Shown piece after piece: positions 1 to 8,864 of a stretch of DNA of 34,362 nt. Origin of the DNA: a virus (lineage: Duplodnaviria; Caudoviricetes). Every line of letters starts with the position of its first letter. Position 1 is the first letter of the stretch. The stretch is taken from IMG/VR virus record IMGVR_UViG_3300037484_000197, positions 1 through 34,362 of that record. One strand, written 5' to 3'. A program made the position numbers and the translations under genes. The notes under the pieces are model-generated. The model was given only the letters and a program-made list of their open reading frames with translations, was not told where the DNA came from and ran no database searches.

Positions 1-145
1 GAATTCCTGGTATGAAGTTTGGTGCCGTCACCGCGGTGTCATCATAGTACCAGTATTGGGGAATCATCGAGACGAGAGTGAACACGTCGTATCGAGGAGT
101 AGTAGTTCCCTGAAGTAGTAAAATTGTTCCAGTTCTGGCAGTCAT
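1..145 (-). CDS. Hypothetical protein, 5' part only (runs off window)
   Basis: ATG at 145 preceded by AAGGAGG; open frame MTARTGTILLLQG... to the window edge; TGTAAATA late-type motif upstream. Confidence 0.65.
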   Translation of the reverse strand, partial: MTARTGTILLLQGTTTPRYDVFTLVSMIPQYWYYDDTAVTAPNFIPGI

Positions 146-175
146 TTGACAGCCTCCTTAAAATTTTGATAAGAC

Positions 176-183
176 TATTTACA
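176..183 (-). promoter_or_regulatory. T4-like late promoter variant (TGTAAATA)
   Basis: 1 mismatch to TATAAATA; about 30 nt upstream of the ATG at 145. Confidence 0.45.
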
Positions 184-391
184 ACGCGGCGATGAACTCA
201 TTTATCTTTGCCATGAAGTTCCGGTCTTCTTCTTCGGCAATGAAGACTCCGATCATCCTACGACCGCCGTTATCTAGTGTCTTGATCGGATCAAGTTTTT
301 GATCAGTTAGAGTGCGAGTAAATGACTGCAACTGGTCATCGGGAGAGATGACGAAGTGGTAGTAGTAATAAGTGTTAGCTTTCTTCTTCAT
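179..391 (-). CDS. Hypothetical protein (~70 aa)
   Basis: ATG at 391 overlaps the nrdB stop (ATGA coupling). Confidence 0.65.
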   Translation of the reverse strand: MKKKANTYYYYHFVISPDDQLQSFTRTLTDQKLDPIKTLDNGGRRMIGVFIAEEEDRNFMAKINEFIAAL

Positions 392-1398
392 TTTGCTTCC
401 TCGCTCAAAGAGGCTGCACCCCAAACGTCATTCCAAGAACCAGTCAGAGCTCCTTTAGAATAGCTTGACTCAGTCTGCTCGAAGAAGTTCGAGTGTGATT
501 GCAGTACGGTCATCTCGTCTACCCACGGTAGCGGATTCTTCTTAACTTTGAAGATTCCTTTCAAGCCCAAACCAATCAATCTGCGGTCGGAGATGTAACG
601 GATGTACTGGTGCATGTCTTCCTTGCTTAAACCTTCCATTCCACCTTGCTCGTATGCCAGGTCGATGAATTTGTCCTCAAGCTCGACCATCTTCTCGGCG
701 ATGGTATAGAGCTGTGACTTCAGATCATCATTCCAAACGTCGGGATTTTCCTTGACGAAGGTGCGGAATAACTTGGTCATCGCCTCGACGTGAATGTCTT
801 CGTCGAGGATCGACCAGGTCACGATCTTCACCATTCCTGGCATCAAGCCCTGCCGCCCGAAGTTCAACAGCATCGCGAAGGAGCTGAACAGTTGCATTCC
901 CTCGGTGAAGGCCGAGACAGCAGTCATCTGTTGGATGATGTATTTCTTGTCCTTGCCCTCAATATCATCAAAGTACCTCTGCTTAGCAGCCATTGCCTCA
1001 TACTCGAGAAACTCGTTGAAGATCTTGTCAGGAAGACCTAATGTTTCAATCAAGTGTGCATACGCAGCGATGTGAATCGCTTCACGAGCAGCAAAAGATA
1101 GCAGCATCATCCTAACCTCAGGTTGAGGGAACGTTGGCAGATAGTTCTTGACGTAGGCTCCTGCTACCGAGATGTCACCTTGAGTAAACAAACGGAAGAT
1201 CTGCAGCAAGAAGTTCTTCTGTCCCTTCGTCAGCTTGTTATTCCAGTGATCGATGTCATTCTGCATCGGGATCTCTTTCGGAAGCCAGTGAATTCCCTCA
1301 TGTTTTTCCCACATCTCAAAGCACCAGGGGTATTTGAATGGCTTAAATGAGTGACGTTCATCAGTCAGTTTTAACTTTACATGTGTGTTCATATTCAT
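388..1398 (-). CDS. nrdB: Ribonucleotide reductase class Ia beta subunit
   Basis: Di-iron/radical motifs FTQGD, REAIHIAAY, TEGMQLFSSF, DEDIH; C-terminal NFFE; start chosen at the ATGA overlap with the nrdA stop. Confidence 0.97.
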   Translation of the reverse strand: MNMNTHVKLKLTDERHSFKPFKYPWCFEMWEKHEGIHWLPKEIPMQNDIDHWNNKLTKGQKNFLLQIFRLFTQGDISVAGAYVKNYLPTFPQPEVRMMLLSFAAREAIHIAAYAHLIETLGLPDKIFNEFLEYEAMAAKQRYFDDIEGKDKKYIIQQMTAVSAFTEGMQLFSSFAMLLNFGRQGLMPGMVKIVTWSILDEDIHVEAMTKLFRTFVKENPDVWNDDLKSQLYTIAEKMVELEDKFIDLAYEQGGMEGLSKEDMHQYIRYISDRRLIGLGLKGIFKVKKNPLPWVDEMTVLQSHSNFFEQTESSYSKGALTGSWNDVWGAASLSEEAK

Positions 1399-3299
1399 CC
1401 TTCGCACGCGATGCAGGTTTCACCAGCAGCGATGTCTTTGAGTAGTTGAATGTCATCTTCAAGCTTTTGTCTAACGACTTTCTTACTGACGGAAGTATTG
1501 TGCAGCTTCTCGGAACGACAGTAGTAGAGAGTCTTCAAACCTTTTCGCCAGGCCGCGAAGTGAATCGCGTGGAGTCGGGCGATCGTGATCGTAGGCTCTA
1601 TGAACAAATTGATTGACTGGGCTTGATCGATGTAGTTTTGACGATCGCCTGCATGTTCGATGATCCAGAGGTTGTTGATCTCAGAAGCGGTCTTGAAAAC
1701 TTCCTTGTCTTCGACGTTCATCCACTTGAGTTGTTGAACAGAACCAGCTGCGTTAACGATCTCTTGCCATTGTTCATCGACCCAAGCTTCAACATCTTCT
1801 CCTTCTAGGTTCTTTGGGGTATATCCTCTGATGACTTTGTCTAAGAACTTGTTCTTCTGAGTATACGATCCGCTCATGGTGTCCTGACGGAAGGCGTTTG
1901 CTCTCCACGGCTCGACGCTAGGAGAAGTGTTGCCACAGATAAGACTGTTTGAAGCAGTTGGAGCAAGCGCCATCAGATGAGTGAAGCGTAGACCGGTTCC
2001 CTCGAGGAGAGGCGGAGATCCACGCTCTGCACCCAGCTTGACGTTGGCATTATCAAGCATCTTTCGGTAAGTCTTGAAGATGTTGTTGTTGATCGACTTG
2101 GCTATCGCACACTCAAATGGGATGTTCTTAGACTGGAGGTATGAGTGGAATCCCATCACTCCGAGCCCAATCGAGCGTTCACGCCTCGCGGAGTTGATCG
2201 CGCGTTGGATCTCTTTAGGAGCATGCTCGATGAAGTACGTCATAACGTTGTCCATCATCTCCGCAATATCAAGGAAGAACTGCTCATTGTCCTTGTACTC
2301 GTTCCAGTACTCAAGATTAATCGAGCTAAGACAGCAGACAGCAGAGTTCTCAGCGTCGGTCGCTAGAGTGATCTCGGAGCAGAGATTGCTGTGGTGAACT
2401 TTTAGACCGAGCTTCTTGTAAGCTTCAGGAGCACTATTGTTCACTGTGTCACTGAAGAAGACATACGGTTCACCGCGACCCGCTCCTGCTCGAAGCTCTA
2501 ACAGCTTCTCCCAGAGTTCCTTCGCGGAGACAACTTCTTTAACTGTACCCGAATGCGGCTCGATCAGTTCCCAAGAATCATCCGCGTTCTTATCATACAT
2601 ACAGCGTTCAATAATCTGCATGAACTTGTCAGGGATATTCACAGCATTGTGAAGATTCAAGCACTTGCGATTGGGGTCGCCTGTAACCTTGCGCATGTCA
2701 AGGAACTCGATGATTTCCGGATGACTTATGTCCATGTAGACAGCGTAAGAACCGCGGCGTGTAGTTCCTTGTTTGTAAGCGAGAGAAGCTGCGTCGTACG
2801 TCTTCATGTGAGGGATCACACCAACAGACTTCTCATCCTGCCCGCGGATGCCGAAGTAGAGTCCTACACCGCCACCCAACATCGACATCCAGTTAGCTTC
2901 CGACAGAGTGTCAACTAGACCGGAGCTAGTGTCAGGTACGTAGGGAAGAAAGCAGCTGATGGGGAGTCCACGCTTGTTTCGTCCGAAGGAGAGGATAGGA
3001 GTTGAGTAGCCGAACCAGTGCTTCGAGGAGTAATAGTAGAGACGTTGTGAGTGAGCTAGATCGGTTCCGAATGCGGCCGACACAAAAGCATAACGATGCT
3101 GTGGTGAGGTTTCTCCTGCCATGAAGTAGGAGTCGCGAATTCGGTCAAGGCTGATCTTGTCAAAAAGTGAATCTCGAGAGGAGTCGATCGTGATTTGCTT
3201 TGCTTTTGCTTTTGTTTGCTCGATAAACTTGCTAGATTGTTTCATCTTGGCTTGCATGTTGAAGATTGTTCCGGAGCGGTTAAGCTCCGGAAACGTCAA
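1395..3299 (-). CDS. nrdA: Ribonucleotide reductase class Ia alpha subunit (no ATP cone)
   Basis: PISCF, GGGVG, SNLCSEI, CCLSS, APTAS, DQAQS, KTLYY and C-terminal CIACEG; exact start uncertain. Confidence 0.97.
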   Translation of the reverse strand: MTFPELNRSGTIFNMQAKMKQSSKFIEQTKAKAKQITIDSSRDSLFDKISLDRIRDSYFMAGETSPQHRYAFVSAAFGTDLAHSQRLYYYSSKHWFGYSTPILSFGRNKRGLPISCFLPYVPDTSSGLVDTLSEANWMSMLGGGVGLYFGIRGQDEKSVGVIPHMKTYDAASLAYKQGTTRRGSYAVYMDISHPEIIEFLDMRKVTGDPNRKCLNLHNAVNIPDKFMQIIERCMYDKNADDSWELIEPHSGTVKEVVSAKELWEKLLELRAGAGRGEPYVFFSDTVNNSAPEAYKKLGLKVHHSNLCSEITLATDAENSAVCCLSSINLEYWNEYKDNEQFFLDIAEMMDNVMTYFIEHAPKEIQRAINSARRERSIGLGVMGFHSYLQSKNIPFECAIAKSINNNIFKTYRKMLDNANVKLGAERGSPPLLEGTGLRFTHLMALAPTASNSLICGNTSPSVEPWRANAFRQDTMSGSYTQKNKFLDKVIRGYTPKNLEGEDVEAWVDEQWQEIVNAAGSVQQLKWMNVEDKEVFKTASEINNLWIIEHAGDRQNYIDQAQSINLFIEPTITIARLHAIHFAAWRKGLKTLYYCRSEKLHNTSVSKKVVRQKLEDDIQLLKDIAAGETCIACEG

Positions 3300-3351
3300 G
3301 GAAAGCCTTGGCTTGACTTAATTCTGGTTACTGCTATGATATGTTATAGTG

Positions 3352-3386
3352 ATTCTATCATCTTCCTAGAGAGACGGATATTTATC
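3352..3386 (-). promoter_or_regulatory. Sigma70-type promoter of nrdA (AAA-TATCCG-N17-TAGAAT, extended TG), overlapping a GATAAATA late-like motif
   Basis: Exact 17 nt spacer; resembles five other intergenic promoters in the window. Confidence 0.5.
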
Positions 3387-3393
3387 CAAGCTC

Positions 3394-4605
3394 TCAGAAG
3401 GAAAGAAGCGTACTCTTCTGTACGTCGATCTTCTTGTTGAGATTGCACTGCATCAAGAAGTTTGAGTTGCTGATGTTTGCCTTACCATCAAGGAATTTTA
3501 GGACTTCATTTGCCATGTCGGTACCGGTACAAACTGGGACATTCTGACAGATGTTGTTAGTAGCTCCGGTGACTAGTTCAAAGTCATGAGGTAGACCCAT
3601 CATGTGCATACATTCTCGAGTAGTCAGCACACGATCCTTCGTCGGGTGAATCGCGTAGAGAGTTCGACTGATGAGAGTAGCCATTACTTCAGTTGACTGG
3701 TAGATCGGAAATGAACCATCCCAGAAACCCCCTTTGGTGTTGACCTTGTTAATAACACGTTCAGCTTCACGATAATGTTTGTCATGACCGTTTGCCTTCA
3801 TCCAGTCACGCGCTTCTTCAAGTTGTTTGGTTAGCAGCAGATAGGTCAGTAGAGTGAAGCCGTTTCGTCCGGTCTCTTTCAGCCACTTGCGCATGTCGTT
3901 GATCCCTTGGCCGTTATACTTGTGCTGTAGGAACATGATGTACGGGTTGGTCAAGAGGTGACGTTCTGCTTCTGCAAGATCAGCAGCAGAATGATGTAGA
4001 ACGTTGTCAGGGACTGTGTCAAGATAATCGGCAAAGGCCAGACGAGGCTTGTCATAGTAGTCAAAAATCGGTGCATTCGAATCTCTCCAGAAGAAGTAAA
4101 ACGTGCGCTTTCTGGTCTGCGGGATACCGTGTAACATCGTGTTAGTTCGGTAGATCGAGAATGAGTAACCGTTCTTCTCTGCTTGCTGACGAAGTTGTTC
4201 ACGTACATGGGCCCCACCGTTAGAGTATAGAGCAGGAGCATTTTCTCCCCAGAATACTCTCGGACGCAGCTCTTCGGTCATGAACCTCGCGGTTTCTAGC
4301 ATCCAGTAGTTCATCTTGGCCCGCTGTTCTGGAGAACCAGAACTCAACAAAGACAAACCAGCACATGGACACACCGCGTTGACGAAGTCTACGTCTTGGT
4401 GCTTTGAAACATCAAAGCCATGATCGGGTATATCTAGGAGATAGTGCGGTGTGTTTGGAAAGTATGCTTTAGCATTCTTCTCATTCTCACCGAAGGGAGA
4501 GTATGAGACGAAGAAGTCAGGATCTTGACCAGTTGCACGCTTACCTGCAACTGAGAGCCCACCTATGAGCGGAACAGCCGTTCCCCAAGTATATTTTTTT
4601 GTCAT
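3394..4605 (-). CDS. Divergent C5-cytosine DNA methyltransferase family protein
   Basis: Motif IV PCAGLS, VI GENAP, VIII PQTRKRTFY, IX RECMHMMGLP, X QNV; motif I is atypical (VPLIGG). Confidence 0.88.
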   Translation of the reverse strand: MTKKYTWGTAVPLIGGLSVAGKRATGQDPDFFVSYSPFGENEKNAKAYFPNTPHYLLDIPDHGFDVSKHQDVDFVNAVCPCAGLSLLSSGSPEQRAKMNYWMLETARFMTEELRPRVFWGENAPALYSNGGAHVREQLRQQAEKNGYSFSIYRTNTMLHGIPQTRKRTFYFFWRDSNAPIFDYYDKPRLAFADYLDTVPDNVLHHSAADLAEAERHLLTNPYIMFLQHKYNGQGINDMRKWLKETGRNGFTLLTYLLLTKQLEEARDWMKANGHDKHYREAERVINKVNTKGGFWDGSFPIYQSTEVMATLISRTLYAIHPTKDRVLTTRECMHMMGLPHDFELVTGATNNICQNVPVCTGTDMANEVLKFLDGKANISNSNFLMQCNLNKKIDVQKSTLLSF

Positions 4606-4622
4606 TTTGTTTGTATCCAGAG

Positions 4623-4895
4623 TTATGATTTTGATTGTGTGGTTTTCCACATCTTCTTGCAGAGTCTTGCATTTCTTGCAATCTCGTTAGATCGTTCGTA
4701 ATTTTCTTCACGCCAGGCTGCTTGATATTCTCGATTCTTTTCGAGCCAATGATCACGATGGGTGGAGCGGTATCGTTGTTGTTTTTCTGCGTTTGGGCTA
4801 AACGGTCTTACTTCGCCCTTGCGACGACGGCCTCTTGGAAAGCCAGTAGGTTTGTAATTGCTGCTCATATCTATTTCTTTTCTATCAAAACTCAA
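4623..4895 (-). CDS. Basic hypothetical protein
   Basis: Arg/Lys-rich ORF filling the gap between neighbours; the start may be the ATG at 4868. Confidence 0.55.
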   Translation of the reverse strand: MSFDRKEIDMSSNYKPTGFPRGRRRKGEVRPFSPNAEKQQRYRSTHRDHWLEKNREYQAAWREENYERSNEIARNARLCKKMWKTTQSKS

Positions 4896-5271
4896 GATGC
4901 CTGACGTTTTCTTTCTCAGTTAGATCATGCACGACCATGATTACGTGAACGTCAGGACACTCCTTCCTAATCACGTTAGCTTGCACTTCGTCGTCTTCCC
5001 AATGTGCTATCACATTGTATCCGGCAGACTTCAACTCATTGATTGTTCGAGCTTTGTGTTGACCAGCAGATTCACGGGTTTTCTCCTCATATTTAAGAGG
5101 ATTGTAGAAGACGCGATTCATGATGCATCGTTTGGCGAGCATTGCCTCTGTCTCAGGCTTCTCTTCAAAGCTTCGACCGGTGATGATAATATCGTTTGGC
5201 TCCGGCCGAAGACCACGAATATCTTTGTTGATAAAAATTACTCCGTCGCAATCCCAAGAATATATTTCCAT
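4885..5271 (-). CDS. HAD-superfamily phosphatase (capless, PNK-phosphatase-like)
   Basis: WDCDGV (DxD), IITGRS, conserved K, WEDD; GGAG RBS before the ATG at 5271. Confidence 0.85.
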   Translation of the reverse strand: MEIYSWDCDGVIFINKDIRGLRPEPNDIIITGRSFEEKPETEAMLAKRCIMNRVFYNPLKYEEKTRESAGQHKARTINELKSAGYNVIAHWEDDEVQANVIRKECPDVHVIMVVHDLTEKENVRHLEF

Positions 5272-5279
5272 GCTATCTC

Positions 5280-5462
5280 CTAAACAGAACATCTGTAATA
5301 ACATTTGTCAGTTTCGTATTGTATCATCAGACCATGCTTAATGTCATTTATCAAAGACCGGGTTCCACCCGATTCTTTTGTACTAAGATTATATCGAGTT
5401 GTCAGGACAAAAGCACCACCCTTGTTTGGATCCTCGTAACGAATCGTCGTTCCTTGTTTCAT
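5280..5462 (-). CDS. Hypothetical protein; possibly the 3' half of a frameshifted gene spanning 5280-5839
   Basis: Frame stays open upstream to about 5624 with no start codon. Confidence 0.4.
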   Translation of the reverse strand: MKQGTTIRYEDPNKGGAFVLTTRYNLSTKESGGTRSLINDIKHGLMIQYETDKCYYRCSV

Positions 5463-5599
5463 GTACGGCTTTGTCCAAGAGATCCACTTCCCCTCTATGA
5501 GAACTTCAAGTTGCTTCGTAGACTCTACATTTAGAGGGATCTGTAGAGTCTCGTATGTGACCTTCAGCGCAGGGACAAGTATCGTTGTAGATTGAAGTT

Positions 5600-5839
5600 T
5601 TATCTTGTAGTTCTCACAAAACGATTATATTGTGCAAACCAGATAGCTCCACAATGACACTTTAGCGGAAGTAGATCACCTCTTTTGGGCACAGTTTGAT
5701 CAGGACTGTAGTTTCCGATCGCAGTAGCATACCCTACTTCTCCGCGATGAAGATCTCTCAAAACTTCAGCTACACGATGTCCCTGCTCACAGAGGATGAT
5801 CGTTCCAGCTGGGTACATTAATTCACCGAATTCACTCAT
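5600..5839 (-). CDS. Hypothetical protein with putative Zn ligands
   Basis: CEQGH...CHCG. Confidence 0.6.
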   Translation of the reverse strand: MSEFGELMYPAGTIILCEQGHRVAEVLRDLHRGEVGYATAIGNYSPDQTVPKRGDLLPLKCHCGAIWFAQYNRFVRTTR

Positions 5840-5884
5840 ATCAAGCTCATGAATAGATTGGAGTAACCTTGGTGATGTTCGTCT

Positions 5885-7126
5885 TTAGTTCCATGACAGC
5901 AAGTCCTTCTTCTTAGTGTAGCGTTTCATAACGTCACTTGTAATTTTCAACAGATCTTCGGAGCGCTTCTGAAAAGAGTGCTTCTGGTATGTAGAATCAG
6001 CAAGGTAACAAGATTCTGCATCAAACGGATCAAATCTATCACTGACCTGAGAATATAGATTGATTGCTTCCCTGAGTTCTTCTGCTGCTGTCTTCTGTGA
6101 GACATTGATCAATGCAACATCGTCTTTCGTGAGGAGGTGACATGCAGCATGATCGAGAAGTCCGTCCCGCTCTTTTGCAAATACGATCGAGTAGACTCCG
6201 TAAGATGCGGCCTCGAGCAGTGCGACGGGAGCGGCTTCAACAGTACAGGGGATGAAGCATCCCGCAGCGTGAGCCAAGCAGTCAAGAAGCTCATGGCGAG
6301 GCGCGTTGTGATGGACGATAATGTTGGAGGTAAGGTGAGGTAGTATCTTATTAGTATAGTATTCATTTTCGGCAAGAGGTCCAGGATGTGCTAAGAACAT
6401 GTGAAGTTTGTAGTCTAAACCCTTTGACAGTTCAAGAAGTTTAGAAACGTTCTTGATTGGGTCGGGGCGACTGATCACAATGAAAAATTTATCAGGCTGC
6501 TTGATCGTCTGTTTCTCAATGAAGATCGGATAGCAGTACTTGTCATATACTTGATCGATCTCATGCTCGGTAATGAAGCTGAACGAGTCACTTCCACTGT
6601 TCAATCTTTTCTTAAGAGCAAGTCTCCAGAGATCTCTCTGATACTCAGATACACAAACAAGATCTCCGCCGGCCTTAGTCATCGCGAGGTAGTGTTGAAC
6701 CTTGGCGATAATGCCGATGTCCATTGCTGTATCTGGAAGATTATGTACAAAACAGAGAGTAGGAATCTTGGCGGCAAATCCAGCAGAGATCCGAACGTGT
6801 GAGCTAGAAAAACTGTGATTGATGATCAGATCAGGCTGAACTTCAGAGATGAATCCTTGGATGTCTGCAGCCAACGTCTTACTATGTTTAGCCTTATCAG
6901 CTCGTTTCAAATCTCCACAGCCATCTTGAGCTGGTAAAGTACATTTACAGAGATGGAAATCAGGGTGATCATTGAAAGATTCAGAACAACTAGGAGCAAT
7001 GAAGTACACTTCCCAACCGGCATTTAGGAAGATCTTGACGTGCAATCTCTCTACCGTCTGAATTCCACCGCTAATCTTGGTAGCATGGTTCTTGTTGAGA
7101 GTTTGTCCGATGATTACTAGTTTCAT
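5885..7126 (-). CDS. GT-B (GT4-like) glycosyltransferase
   Basis: N-terminal SGGIQTVE, PDLIINHS, CVSEYQR, ISRPDPIKN, EAAPVALLEAASYG (Ex7E motif); ATGA overlap at 7126. Confidence 0.88.
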   Translation of the reverse strand: MKLVIIGQTLNKNHATKISGGIQTVERLHVKIFLNAGWEVYFIAPSCSESFNDHPDFHLCKCTLPAQDGCGDLKRADKAKHSKTLAADIQGFISEVQPDLIINHSFSSSHVRISAGFAAKIPTLCFVHNLPDTAMDIGIIAKVQHYLAMTKAGGDLVCVSEYQRDLWRLALKKRLNSGSDSFSFITEHEIDQVYDKYCYPIFIEKQTIKQPDKFFIVISRPDPIKNVSKLLELSKGLDYKLHMFLAHPGPLAENEYYTNKILPHLTSNIIVHHNAPRHELLDCLAHAAGCFIPCTVEAAPVALLEAASYGVYSIVFAKERDGLLDHAACHLLTKDDVALINVSQKTAAEELREAINLYSQVSDRFDPFDAESCYLADSTYQKHSFQKRSEDLLKITSDVMKRYTKKKDLLSWN

Positions 7127-7383
7127 TTGTCGTGTCCAAAACATGTAGGGTCTTTACACTCTCCACCACGAAAGCGAAAGTGTGGTTCTTGAGGGGTGAT
7201 TCTGATCGTCTCTTCAAAGAAGCGGTAGTCTTCGATCGTTCGAACGATCTTGAGAGCTTTCAAAGCTCCACCACCTGAGCTATTGCAGATTGAGGGGCTG
7301 TGAATCATTCGAATCTTTTCTCCGGGAACGTTCAACCACCATCCTTCTCTTCCACCCAAGACTCCCCAGTAGAGAGTTATCAT
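7123..7383 (-). CDS. Hypothetical protein
   Basis: ATG at 7383 just after the TraR stop; its stop overlaps the glycosyltransferase start. Confidence 0.55.
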   Translation of the reverse strand: MITLYWGVLGGREGWWLNVPGEKIRMIHSPSICNSSGGGALKALKIVRTIEDYRFFEETIRITPQEPHFRFRGGECKDPTCFGHDK

Positions 7384-7387
7384 GTAC

Positions 7388-7618
7388 TCATTTTGAGTTA
7401 CCTCTATTATCATAATATGTTTGACAGTCAATGCATCGTGTTGCGCTCGGCACGGCTTCGAGCCTAGAAGATCCGATCTCTTCAGCACAATCTAAACAGA
7501 TAGTAGTCAAGGACTTCTTTTTGAGAGCTTCACGTACGGCATCAAGTGAAGCATTCAGAACTTCTTCATGATGTAAGAACGGTGAATCATCACCGGTAAC
7601 TTGAATAGTGTTTGGCAT
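7388..7618 (-). CDS. TraR/DksA C4-type zinc finger protein
   Basis: CLDCAEEIGSSRLEAVPSATRCIDCQ. Confidence 0.9.
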   Translation of the reverse strand: MPNTIQVTGDDSPFLHHEEVLNASLDAVREALKKKSLTTICLDCAEEIGSSRLEAVPSATRCIDCQTYYDNRGNSK

Positions 7619-8749
7619 TTAGAATTCCAGTAAGCAATTTAAACTTGTATTTACATGGGTTGTAACTTTACCTTTAGACGGTGCTGGTAGAGGATTTCCT
7701 TGTTCACGAGACACAAGAGCTGATAGGTCGGGATCAACTCCACAGCGACGCTTCTCGATCAGGTGAGGGTTATTCTTCAGACGGTCATAGATGCCGTACT
7801 GACAGTGAGCAACTTCACATCCGTAGACCATGAACTTGTCCTGGTTGAACGAGAACATCTTCTTACCGTTTGCGGCGTTCTCGATGTTCCAGAGAACTGG
7901 GTTAAATGAGATCCGAGGATAGAGACGCTTCTGATTCTGTTCGATCCAAACGACAAGGTCACCGTACGGCATCTTCTTGACCTTTTGGTGAAGTGTCGGA
8001 AACATCAGATCCATCGTATGGCAAGCTCCTGGCCCAGGAACACAAAACTTCTCGTCATGATGGTACGCAGTTCCTGGGATTAATGAGCAGTCGATTCCTA
8101 GGTGGTAGCCGTAGTAAGCACCGATGCCTTGCTCTGAAGTGATCAGGTTGAAAGTTTCTTGAAGATTCTTAGCTCCGAGAATTTTATCAATCAGACCTTT
8201 AGAAATGAAACCGGCAATCCACTCAACGATGTCAGTGTTTGAGGCTGCCCGTGTTGAATCGTTGTATTTGACCCGACAGAAATTTCGGGCAGCCGTCTGA
8301 AGACTGGTATGCAGTTCGGTAGTGCCGTAGAACTTGTGACCGTGAAGCTTTGCATACTCTGCATTCTCTCTCATCCACTGTACGTAGTCTGGATCGACGT
8401 TGATGCGCTCAAAGTCAAGATGAGCTTTCTTCGGGTCGGTGATGCCGGTCAGCAGACTGTGAATGCGACGACCACCGTACAGGTGGGAGATAACCGCGTT
8501 GCAAGCCTTGTTCCGATCATTTAGCGAGTCCTCAAGTACAACGTTCTGACCGAGATAACGCATGCGATCATCGCCGCAGATCGAGAAGTGAAAATACTCT
8601 ACGTCTTGGCCTAAAGCGGCTTCACCACCATCGTCATATGATGAGAGAGCACCCATCTTGTGGAGAAGGCGCTCGTTGATCTTGAAGAAGAAGTGCTCGA
8701 CGTCCTTGACGCGTTTCCAGTCAAGAGATTGTTCAATGAGATTATTCAT
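7619..8749 (-). CDS. aGPT-pyrophosphorylase clade-1-like (HhH glycosylase fold) DNA base-modification enzyme
   Basis: FFxKINER, DDRMRY, HhH-like GIGAYYGYH, FCVPGPGA, EVAHCQY; recognised from memory of the family and supported by context. Confidence 0.6.
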   Translation of the reverse strand: MNNLIEQSLDWKRVKDVEHFFFKINERLLHKMGALSSYDDGGEAALGQDVEYFHFSICGDDRMRYLGQNVVLEDSLNDRNKACNAVISHLYGGRRIHSLLTGITDPKKAHLDFERINVDPDYVQWMRENAEYAKLHGHKFYGTTELHTSLQTAARNFCRVKYNDSTRAASNTDIVEWIAGFISKGLIDKILGAKNLQETFNLITSEQGIGAYYGYHLGIDCSLIPGTAYHHDEKFCVPGPGACHTMDLMFPTLHQKVKKMPYGDLVVWIEQNQKRLYPRISFNPVLWNIENAANGKKMFSFNQDKFMVYGCEVAHCQYGIYDRLKNNPHLIEKRRCGVDPDLSALVSREQGNPLPAPSKGKVTTHVNTSLNCLLEF

Positions 8750-8864
8750 GTGTACTCATGGCTCCAAGACCAAACCTGGTAGCTTTAAGTTTTAAGATGG
8801 CTTCCATTTCATAAGCAAGGCTTGACATTTCTGTTTTACTTGCTCTTTGTTCTGGAGTCAATAC

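Noticed and set aside
5520-5551. 10 bp inverted repeat AGACTCTACA...TGTAGAGTCT
   Set aside because: Lies in a probably coding frame, has a 12 nt loop and no U-tract; may be chance
8745-8864. Frame continuing in phase past the ino1 TAA for ~40 codons (readthrough or small ORF)
   Set aside because: Short, no RBS or motif, and TAA is a poor readthrough codon
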